Shown here in pieces: positions 7,570-15,544 of a stretch of 32,000 nt of DNA (its first letter is position 1; each line of letters starts with the position of its first letter). The notes beneath the pieces were generated by a model, which did no database searches, was not told the origin of the DNA, and saw nothing but the letters and a program-made list of their open reading frames with translations. The stretch covers positions 930,001 to 962,000 of the forward strand of contig OZ245768.1 in assembly GCA_965227835.1 (NCBI GenBank), given 5' to 3'. This DNA comes from Candidatus Saccharimonadota bacterium (GTDB taxonomy: Bacteria > Patescibacteriota > Gracilibacteria > BD1-5 > UBA6164). The position numbers and the translations under genes were made by a program.

Positions 7570-9417
7570 TTATTTCATCTGGATATTCCAGATATCTTGG
7601 TTAGATTTAATAGCTATTAAGCCAGAAGATCCCGGCAATAAAAAGCTATGAGAGTCAACGAAGCGAGCAGTATCACGAAACTGCTTTGTTTCAACTAAGC
7701 TAGAGTTTTGTGCTTCTATACGCACAATTCCCTCATCACTAGATGAAAAAAGCATATTTCCTATAAAACATTTGCCTCGTATATTTGAAAGCCAATCTCC
7801 AGAGTTCTGATTTGATTGGCTTGAAGCTATAACCTGTCCTTTACTATCTATAAAGTAAGCTGAATTTATTACTTCTCCATTTTGTTTGATAGAAGTAAGA
7901 AAGCATACTCTATTTTTAGAAAAGAAACAAGTAGCATCTATTAGTTGTCCTTTGATACCAGGTATTGATATACTATCATTTATACCTCTGTAATCAGTAT
8001 TAAATAAGAAAAATACACTCAAACCTCCTCCAAAGTAAAAGCCAAAACCCAAACTATCTCCTACCCAAAACAAGGTTCTGTTAGTCAAAACTTGCCCTAC
8101 GGTTTCAGGATAAGAAGGTCCCATATCAGAAACTTTTATCAAACTACCATTTCTTATAAAGAAGCTATTTTTAGAATTAGCTCCCAAAATAGGTAGTCTT
8201 CCATAAGTTTCAGTATCTATGGTTTGGGTTTCATTTTTTCCTAAGATGACAACTTTGTCGTTTTTTCCAACAAGGGTTTTTTCTCCATTTATACGAAAAC
8301 GAATATATGGATCCAAATCACCTTTGACAAAAGAATTATCTCCTTCACGAAAGTAGCTACCTTGAGAGTGATATATGTACCTAAGTTTACCATCTTGAAC
8401 AGTTGCATAAAGTATTTTTCCAGAAGTTGAAAAAATCTTTTTAGCAGAAACTTTTCCTAAGATAACCTCTTTTTCTCTTATGGATGCAGTTTTTTCAGCA
8501 ATTACAGAAAGTAAATTTCCTTGCTCATCAAACTTAAACCTATCCATAATAGAAATTGGGAATTCCTCTCTTTTATCTTCTTTGAATACTTCTTGCAAAT
8601 ATTGCAAAAACGAATCTGGAAGAGTAGAAAGAGGTTTAGCTGGTTTTGGGTATATTACATCATCTGAAAATAGTGTTATGCGTTTTAATGGACGAACTCT
8701 TTCAGGAACTCTATCCTTTTTATCTTTAGGTCTATATACACCACCATAAGGGCCTACATAAATCAAAGTTTGCATAAGCATAATTAGATATGCATACCAA
8801 TCTGACAATTGATTGTGAGGTTTTACAAGTTTAGTAGATTTTGATTTTTTATCACATATCAATGGATCTACAAACTTATTGGTAAAAACATTACAAAAAT
8901 AATTCCCAAACTGGACACTATCAAAATCTATCAAGTAAGGCTTATCTTTTTTTACCAAAACATTCAAGTCATTGAAATCTCCTATCACAACTCCAGCTTT
9001 ATGTACGGATTTAACTATAAAAAACAGATTTTTGAATATTTCTATAACCTGTTTATCACTGACAAACCCTTGTCTAAAACTTTTATTGGAGTATCTAAGA
9101 AGTACCTCTGCATCTTTCACCATATCCATTGTATAACCTACGATTTGTTTTTTTTGATCAAAAGCAAAATCAATAGGTGTAATGACAAAAGGGGAAAAAC
9201 CACTTGGTAGTTTCTTTAGTTTTGTTTGGTGCTCCTTTATTTTTTGAGAAGCACTTTTTTGATCTGAAGGAGAGTTTGCAAAGATGGGATGTTCTGGTGG
9301 TTTAAAGAGCTTTAAAGCCCTAGTTTTTGATATTTCATATATTTCAGCCTCTCCCCCACTACCAATAATTTGGTCAGGAGAAAGATTTACTGATTTATTA
9401 CGTATCAAAACTTTCAT
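7570..9417 (-). CDS. Ser/Thr protein kinase-like protein (YegI/TerY-P-type) with a ~320-aa beta-rich C-terminal domain, 615 aa
   Basis: Kinase motifs are the glycine loop IGSGGEAEIYE, the Lys in RALKLFK, the catalytic loop VIGDFNDLNVLV and the DFG equivalent LIDFDS. The C-terminal half is rich in G/S/beta-strand repeats (...ILYATVQDGKLRYIYH..., ...LFWVGDSLGFGFYFGGG...). SD AAGGAGG is present. There is no TGA. Confidence 0.75.
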   Translation of the reverse strand: MKVLIRNKSVNLSPDQIIGSGGEAEIYEISKTRALKLFKPPEHPIFANSPSDQKSASQKIKEHQTKLKKLPSGFSPFVITPIDFAFDQKKQIVGYTMDMVKDAEVLLRYSNKSFRQGFVSDKQVIEIFKNLFFIVKSVHKAGVVIGDFNDLNVLVKKDKPYLIDFDSVQFGNYFCNVFTNKFVDPLICDKKSKSTKLVKPHNQLSDWYAYLIMLMQTLIYVGPYGGVYRPKDKKDRVPERVRPLKRITLFSDDVIYPKPAKPLSTLPDSFLQYLQEVFKEDKREEFPISIMDRFKFDEQGNLLSVIAEKTASIREKEVILGKVSAKKIFSTSGKILYATVQDGKLRYIYHSQGSYFREGDNSFVKGDLDPYIRFRINGEKTLVGKNDKVVILGKNETQTIDTETYGRLPILGANSKNSFFIRNGSLIKVSDMGPSYPETVGQVLTNRTLFWVGDSLGFGFYFGGGLSVFFLFNTDYRGINDSISIPGIKGQLIDATCFFSKNRVCFLTSIKQNGEVINSAYFIDSKGQVIASSQSNQNSGDWLSNIRGKCFIGNMLFSSSDEGIVRIEAQNSSLVETKQFRDTARFVDSHSFLLPGSSGLIAIKSNQDIWNIQMK

Positions 9418-10261
9418 TTACTTCCTCCTTTGTAGAATATTTTTTTTTGATAACTACTAGTGTAGTATCATCTTTGAGAAGACCTGGTAATAACCTTCCA
9501 TTGTAAATACTTTCTCTGTTAAACAAAGAAAGTTTTCTTGTAATCATACTGGAGTTATCAACATATTTATCTTCTTCCCAAAATTGGCTAATATCTCCAA
9601 CGATATTGTTGGTATTTGGAATAGTTTTGTCACTAGCTTTTATCAAATCAAGAACTCCATCGCTACCTAATAGTATGTTGTCATATTGTTTAGGTTCTAG
9701 AATTTCTTTTATACTGATATCAAGAAGTGAAGGGTTTTCATCAAATAAAGCTGAACCTGTGATATTATACATAATATATGGTGGAGCATTAGCTGGAAAT
9801 GGTCCAGACTCTTTTATTTCACCATCTATTATATATACCCCATCTCCACAAGAAAATATATAAGCTTTTCCACGAACAATAACTATTCCTATTATAGTAA
9901 ACAAAAAATATTGGTTTACTATTTCAGAAATACTATCACCCATACTTTCAGCTAAAACTGAGAGCTTGCTTATAAAACTCATTTTTATTCTATTCCAAAA
10001 ATTGCTTTTTAACTGAGGATTATCTCCAGATTGAAGTAAACGATTTATCTGATCAAATATCAATTTTGAGAGAATCTTAGAAGCTATTTTTGCTCCTACT
10101 TCGCAGTGTTTAGAACTACCACAGCCATCTGCAATTACCGATACCAACACATCATCATTTTTCTCCCAAGAGAAACTATCATGATTATTGGTAAATCCGG
10201 GTTGTCCCGTTTTTATATGGTCAGTTCCCGCTATGGAACCTCCTGCTATTCTAATATCCAT
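9398..10261 (-). CDS. PP2C-family Ser/Thr phosphatase (PP2C_2-like), 287 aa
   Basis: MDIRIAGGSIAGTDHIKTGQPGFTNNHDSF..., VSVIADGCGSSKHCEVGAKIA..., SCGDG... and LLGSDGVLD match the metal-binding Asp motifs of bacterial PP2C. I chose ATG 10261 because AGGAGA lies 8 nt upstream. The track's 10402 start adds 47 low-complexity residues with no SD. The 3' end overlaps the kinase start by 20 nt. Confidence 0.75.
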   Translation of the reverse strand: MDIRIAGGSIAGTDHIKTGQPGFTNNHDSFSWEKNDDVLVSVIADGCGSSKHCEVGAKIASKILSKLIFDQINRLLQSGDNPQLKSNFWNRIKMSFISKLSVLAESMGDSISEIVNQYFLFTIIGIVIVRGKAYIFSCGDGVYIIDGEIKESGPFPANAPPYIMYNITGSALFDENPSLLDISIKEILEPKQYDNILLGSDGVLDLIKASDKTIPNTNNIVGDISQFWEEDKYVDNSSMITRKLSLFNRESIYNGRLLPGLLKDDTTLVVIKKKYSTKEEVNESFDT

Positions 10262-10402
10262 AAATAGTTTCTCCTGTTTTTTCATAGATGTTAATGAACT
10301 AAAGGTGTTGTTTATACATTTAAAGCATTTGTAAATAAAAAATTTTTTGCTTTTAAATAATAAACAATAGCTTTTAAATTTAAATGTCAAAATGACACTC
10401 AT

Positions 10403-10431
10403 ATTTTAATTTTTTATACTAGTTTTGTCAA
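10403..10431 (-). promoter_or_regulatory. Near-consensus sigma70 promoter of the four-gene operon
   Basis: The minus strand reads TTGACA (10431-10426), a 17-nt spacer, then TAAAAT (10408-10403). It lies ~140 nt upstream of the PP2C start. Confidence 0.6.
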
Positions 10432-10667
10432 ATCTTTTTTTAAAAAAATCATTTTTACTTTATACAAAGCAATTATTATAACTGAGAAATTAAAATAGTA
10501 TTGATATTTTACTATTTTTAAACATAATGTCAAATTTTTTTATAATTAAATTAATAAAAGTCAATTATCTGAAAAATTGACTTTTATTTTTGTTAAAACT
10601 GTAAAAATAGTTTGAACTTAATAAATTTTATATAAAAAACCACAAGACAAATACAATTTTTATTATC

Positions 10668-10752
10668 TATCCTCCTGTTCTATTCTTGTTCTATCCCCTC
10701 TCCTTCCAAAAGGAGAGGGTTAGGGTGAGGGCTTGTTTGGGTTAGGATGAGG
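10668..10752 (+). repeat. GC-rich hairpin repeat, copy A
   Basis: ttctatCCCCTCTCCttccaaaaGGAGAGGGttagggtgaggg...gggttaggatgagg. It shares a ~50-nt core with copies at 11217-11308 (same orientation) and 28782-28822 (inverted). Confidence 0.85.
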
Positions 10753-10846
10753 TTTTATATGAAAATGAAATGACTTTACAAGTATATTAGAAATATAATG
10801 AAATCTTGAACAAATGAATGAAAATTACAATTTTTGAGAAAAATTT

Positions 10847-10874
10847 TTGACATTTATAAAAATAAATATATAAT
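10847..10874 (+). promoter_or_regulatory. Consensus sigma70 promoter (TTGACA-16-TATAAT)
   Basis: TTGACA at 10847-10852 and TATAAT at 10869-10874. Together with the terminator at 11137-11170 it delimits a ~290-nt transcription unit. Confidence 0.6.
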
Positions 10875-10984
10875 CGTATTCACGAGAATAGAAAATTTGC
10901 TTTTTCTGTTTAATTTTTAAACCTTTAAATAGCAAATCTATATATCTCGTATAGTTTTGCTGTTTCTTATTCAGGAAAATTGTT

Positions 10985-11131
10985 ATGTGGATTTTTATTT
11001 CCGCTTTATCAGCTTCATTATCTCTATATGAGGGACTCGAAAGTGAAAATAATTTTTTTCTTTCGCTTTGTCTGTTCAGTTCATTCGGATTTATATACTT
11101 TATCAATGAATATAATAAACAGCAAAACTAG
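10985..11131 (+). CDS. Possible small hydrophobic protein, 48 aa (the unit may instead be a non-coding RNA)
   Basis: MWIFISALSASLSLYEGLESENNFFLSLCLFSSFGFIYFINEYNKQQN. AGGAAA lies 6 nt upstream of the ATG. The stop is TAG, 6 nt before the terminator hairpin. There is no TGA. It is the only plausible ORF in the promoter-terminator unit. Confidence 0.3.
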   Translation: MWIFISALSASLSLYEGLESENNFFLSLCLFSSFGFIYFINEYNKQQN

Positions 11132-11136
11132 AAAGA

Positions 11137-11170
11137 CTCCCCCAGTTCAAACTGGGGGGTTTTCTTTTTT
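11137..11170 (+). terminator. Strong intrinsic terminator
   Basis: CTCCCCCAGTT-caa-AACTGGGGGG, followed by ttttctttttt. Confidence 0.85.
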
Positions 11171-11216
11171 CAAAAAATCAAACTAAATATAAAAATTAGA
11201 GATAAGTTATTTTCTT

Positions 11217-11308
11217 TCCCCTCTCTCTGTCCCATCCCTTCTGTTCTATCCCCTCTCCTTCCAAAAGGAGAGGGTTAGGGTGAGGGACTGCTCGGGTTAG
11301 GGTGAGGT
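11217..11308 (+). repeat. GC-rich hairpin repeat, copy B
   Basis: ttctgttctatCCCCTCTCCttccaaaaGGAGAGGGttagggtgagggactgctcgggttagggtgagg. It is a direct repeat of copy A, ~545 bp away. Confidence 0.85.
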
Positions 11309-11394
11309 GAATAAAATTAGTATGAGGAATTATAATAAAATAGAAGCAAGAAATGTTAAAAGAACCTATAAATAAAATATATTTAAAATTATAA

Positions 11395-12060
11395 CTACCC
11401 TATATAATCTCGATTAATATGCAAATTTATGTGATGTCTTCATTTATCAAAAACAGATTGTCTAAAATTAAAAAATTTTGACCATTTTTTTGCATTTTCA
11501 TATCTAAAATGTTTAAATTCTTGACCATAACTTCACTTATGCTGAACTGGTAAATTTGATGAATTATAACAAAAAATCATTTGAGGGATAGAAAACAAAA
11601 ATAGATCTGAAAAAACCATATTTCTTTTTAATTTCAATTCTGTTGATTTTGATAAAGTACAAGTTGGTGAATCTCATCAATTAATCCTATAAAAAATTAT
11701 AGAATAATATCAATCTTTAGGAATTCAATTCAATTGATCTCTTTTTAAAATTGTTGCATTTCAAACCCTTGCTCATTTTATTTCTAGTTTACTACCATCT
11801 TTTAATATTGCATCAAAATAAGGATTATTATTTGCTTTAATGAGTTTAGCACCAAGAATTATAGAAACAATTTTTTCTGAAAATTTTCATGTAATTATAC
11901 TAGCACTTCGTGATACATTAGAATTTAAAATATTTCAAGTTTCATTTATTACTTTAGAAGAAACATTTTTACTAGAATTATTATTTTCCAAACTGATTAA
12001 TTCTCAAGACTGTGTATCAAGTCAGAATCAAGCTACTCTATCATATACTATATTTCACAT
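11395..12060 (-). CDS. Hypothetical protein, 221 aa, with a possible PD-(D/E)xK nuclease-like motif
   Basis: Codon-by-codon table-25 translation gives a 666-nt frame with 17 TGA (Gly) and stop TAG 11395-11397. The motif is ...NPYFDAILKDGSKLEIKGARVGN... (D-x9-E-x-K). It starts 14 nt after the U32 gene stop. The functional call is weak. Confidence 0.55.
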
Positions 12061-12074
12061 ATTTTATCAAAAAA

Positions 12075-13493
12075 TTATTTATTTTTAAGCATTTCTCTAA
12101 ACCATAGTTTGTTATCAAACAAATAGCTAAGATCATAATGTGCTCTCTCCAAATTTATGGATCTATCAAGCATTTCTTCATCTATTTTACCTTTTTTTAA
12201 TACTTTGTCTATTAAATTTATCTTTTCTTGATAATTCCTTCATCTCGTAGGAAATTTCACAGTATCTACATTTTTCAATTTGGAAAAAAACAAATAAGAA
12301 TAAAGATTTAAATTATCTCATTTTGCATAAAAAGTAGCTAGCTCTAAAGCTTTTAGCTTAGCTTCTCATCAAATAGATTCTATTTTTCTCTTACTATATT
12401 CCAGATATGTTTTGAAAGAGATATTTAGTTCTTCTTCAAGTTTTTCAAGTTCTTTAAATATATCTTTTGATCAATACTTCGTTGATATTTCTTCTAAATC
12501 TTTGTTTTTGCATAAATCATTCAATACAGATAAAATTTTTTTAACAGCTCTCAAAAATATTAAAATATCTTTATTTCTTTTATCATTAAGACTTTTCATA
12601 GAATCAAAAAACAAGTCTACTCTATTTCTAGAGTTCCATACAATTCAAAGTAGCTTATCTAGTAAAATATTTTGGGAATCTCATATTCAAAGATCTATTT
12701 CTCATAAAATTTGTTCTGCTTGTTCAAATATATCTAAATATTTATCAGACATATTATCTAGTTTTTCTTTATTTGATAAATCATCATTAAGTATTATTCT
12801 TTTGAAATCAGCCCTAAACCTCTTTTTAAATACTAAATCATTAACAACAACCGTGCATATATCCTTGGCTCAATATTTATGCTCTGCGAAACATAATCAA
12901 TTGTTATATCTACAAAAATCTCATTCTCAAAAAACTTCAAAATTCATTTCAGGAAACTCAGATGTTATTTCTTCTATTTCTTTCAAAGTAACTTCACGAC
13001 TCAAAATCACCTTATTGACATTATAATTTTCCAAAAAAAAACTAATAGCTTTCTTGTTGTAAACTGCAAGTATTGTGGATATATTGATTTTTCATTTATA
13101 GTTTATCTTTTTCAAATATTCCAAAATTCATATATTACCACAAATTATTCAATCCATTCAAATTTGGATAAACTCCTCAACCATTTTTTCTATAAAAGGC
13201 ATAGTTTCTGATGTATAGTACCAAGCATTTAGGTTGGCAAAAATTTCAAGTTTATGTTTATGAACTTGTTTTACTATTTGTTCTAAGGTATCGTAATTTG
13301 TAACTTGCTCGTGTTCCGCAAATCTTCAATTAGGGCTAACTTCAAAACCAAATTTATCTGACCAGTAGCTTGGATTATATCAAACAAAAAATTCTCATGC
13401 TCCAGATTCAACCAAAGAGTTTATATATTCCTGAACATCTTTTGCATTTTTTCAGCTAGAAGGAAATCATAGTCATACTATTTTTTTAAACAT
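12075..13493 (-). CDS. Peptidase U32 family-like protein, 472 aa
   Basis: A 1419-nt table-25 frame. ...ESGAGEFFVGYNP..., VHKHKLEIFANLNA..., GMDGIICGNIGILEYL..., NVNKVILSREVTLKEIEEI... and NFEVFGEGDFCRYNNGLC follow the U32 (PrtC/YhbU-type) pattern. Confidence 0.6.
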
Positions 13494-13797
13494 ATTTTTA
13501 TAAGTTTATTAATATATTGATTGTAACAATCTATAGCAAAATTAATATCTACTAAAAGGTAATTTTATCATAGCTCCCTATATGCTAATTTTGCCACAGT
13601 ACCATAAATATTACAAAAGATTAAAGTCTTCTGTTGAACAAGGATTAAGAAATTCATTTAAAAGAAAAAGAATTGCTAAGATTTTAATTATATATCAATA
13701 TTTTATTTTTATAACAAAAAAAGCAAGAAAATAAAAAAGCACCCTTGAAATCAAGCATTGCCTTTTTTATTTTTTAAGAATATACCAAAATTGAGAA

Positions 13798-13998
13798 CTA
13801 AAAATAAACTTTATTATTAAGCTTTCTATAAGTTGATCTAATTATAGCAGCTTCTCTAATTTTTTTCTTGGTAGGTTTAAAAGTAACATATCTTTCTTTT
13901 CTAAGTTTATTGGTAATTCTAGAAGAAAAAAATAACTTTTTAAGCCTTAAAATAAGCTTTTCATTGGATTCTCAATCATTTTTTACAGCATATATCAT
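13798..13998 (-). CDS. rpsU: 30S ribosomal protein S21
   Basis: MIYAVKNDGESNEKLILRLKKLFFSSRITNKLRKERYVTFKPTKKKIREAAIIRSTYRKLNNKVYF (66 aa). It is S21-like in length, basic composition and the ...ER.Y..KPT.KK... core. It contains one TGA (Gly). Confidence 0.7.
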
Positions 13999-14222
13999 AG
14001 TTTTTCTATCCCCTTAAAAGATAATTAAAAATAAGTTGCGATGTATTGTATTGTCAGATTTTAATTTGTCAAAAAAATATTTTTTCGTATGATTTTTAAG
14101 AGAAAACGGGCTTTAAGAAATCACTTTATTGAGAAGAGTTTGAAAAATAGAATAAGACTAAATTTAGACAAAATCCCCACTTTCAACCTCTATATATACC
14201 CACAAATTTTAAAAAAACTAAA

Positions 14223-14555
14223 ATGAAAAAAGAAAGATTGTTAAAATTAGAAAGTATAGTAAAACAACTAGTATCAGAATATATATTTGAGAAAATTATA
14301 GATATAGAAGAAGATTTTGAATTGATAAATATAGTTTGAGTAAAAATAAGCTCTGATTTATCTTATTTAGATATTTATGTATCTTGTTTTAAAAATCAGC
14401 AAAACTTAACAAAAACACTAGCTACCTATGCTCCTGAAATAACAGGGAAACTTCATAGGAAACTAAGCACTAAAAAACTACCTAGAATAAGATTTAGATA
14501 TGATAAAAGTTATGAAATATCTCATAAAATTACAGAAAAAATAAATAGCTTATAA
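14223..14555 (+). CDS. rbfA: Ribosome-binding factor A
   Basis: MKKERLLKLESIVKQLVSEYIFEKI...INIVGVKISSDLSYLDIYVSCF...LPRIRFRYDKSYEISHKITEKINSL. It has the RbfA pattern V.vS.DL..a.vYVs ... P.l.F.yD.s (110 aa). Confidence 0.8.
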
Positions 14556-14562
14556 TAAAAAA

Positions 14563-15519
14563 ATGCTAAAGAAAATATTTAGACACTTATCAAAAATAAA
14601 AAACTATACTAGGTTTTTTAGAAAAAACAGAAAAATAAAACAGTATAAGGATTCTTTATCAAAGCAGAAAAAAAAGGCAAAAAGAAATAAATATAGTATT
14701 CAGTTGAAAATAGATTTTAAAATTGAAAAACTAAAAAGAATTCTTTTTGTTCTTTTTATATTATTTATAGTCATTATAGGGGTAATAATAAAGTGACCTT
14801 TTTTGAAAATCAAGGAAATAAATATAATTAGACTTGATGAAAATATAAACATAAGATTGATAGAAAAAAGACTTGATGAACTAAAATGACAATTTCTTTT
14901 CAGTGTAAAACCAAACTATATAGAAGATATAATAAAAGAAACACAGCAAAATATAAAAAGTGTTTCTATATCAAAAATACCTCCACATAAAATAACTATA
15001 AGATTATCTTCATATGATACGATTTTTAGTACTAATGTAGTATGAAAAGAATATTTAATAAGCCAAAATTGAGTTTTTTTACCAAACAGACTAAAAATAT
15101 CTAAATTCCCTAAAATAGAAATAAAGGGTTTAGAGCTACAAAACTATCCAAATTACAAAAAAATACTTAAAAGTGATGATTTGTATAAACTGGTGTATTT
15201 AAGAGAAAATTTAGAAAAAAATATAGCTAATTTAAAGATACAAAAAAGCATTTATTATAAGGTATTCAAAGAAATTCACTTTGTGATAAACAATAAAACA
15301 AGACTAATTTTTGATTTAGAATGAAACCTAGATGAAAAATTGAAACAAATATTTGTATTTAACAGAGAAAGAATAAATATAACAAAAGGTTGAATAATAT
15401 ACATAGATAATAGAGTAAATTGAAAAATTTATTATTGTGATAAAGAAGAGTTACCAAACTGTATAGAGAATATAAACTATATATATGATGAAGATATAAA
15501 GTCGAGTGATTATAGATAA
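14563..15519 (+). CDS. FtsQ/DivIB-like cell-division protein (basic N-terminus, one TM, POTRA-like region), 318 aa
   Basis: A 957-nt table-25 frame. The TM segment is ILFVLFILFIVIIGVII. It is followed by FLKIKEINIIRLDENIN...VSISKIPPHKITIRLSSYD...EYLISQNGVFLP, which fits the FtsQ POTRA pattern. Confidence 0.5.
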
Positions 15520-15544
15520 GAGTAGTATATTTTATGTTTTCCTT

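Noticed and set aside
5677-9863. Plus-strand ORFs inside the island (5677-5910, 6896-7198, 8480-8749, 9001-9210, 9606-9863).
   Set aside because: All are antisense to well-supported minus-strand genes. They have no start signals and no recognisable motifs.
10262-10402. A 47-residue N-terminal extension of the PP2C ORF (track start 10402, MSVILTFKFKSYCLLFKSKKFF...).
   Set aside because: It has no SD, is low-complexity, and would begin inside or at the predicted promoter. ATG 10261 has a canonical AGGAGA at 8 nt.
10825-11106. 93-aa minus-strand ORF (TTG start) between the GC-rich repeats.
   Set aside because: It has no SD or promoter and a low-complexity product. It is antisense to a unit with a consensus promoter and a strong terminator on the plus strand.
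10954-11128. The idea that the 175-nt segment closed by the 12-bp helix is a 6S, SRP or other known RNA.
   Set aside because: I could not find any diagnostic conserved motif (no SRP GNAR/AGCA helix-8 signature, no RNase P or tmRNA boxes). It is kept only as an unclassified structure in the findings.
11840-12088. 82-aa plus-strand ORF.
   Set aside because: It is antisense to the 221-aa table-25 gene at 11395-12060.
12412-13026. 204-aa plus-strand ORF rich in Ser/Leu/Phe.
   Set aside because: It is antisense to the U32 peptidase-like gene, which gives a full-length family-like protein. The composition is typical of a shadow ORF in AT-rich DNA.
13582-13734. 50-aa basic ORF (MLILPQYHKYYKRLKSSVEQGLRNSFKRKRIAKIL...) in the U32-rpsU intergenic region.
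   Set aside because: It has no SD or promoter that I can support and no recognisable family. It could be real, but the evidence is insufficient to report it as a feature.
13735-13797. A weak hairpin plus T-run downstream of rpsU as a terminator.
   Set aside because: Only about 5 contiguous base pairs form, which is too weak to call.
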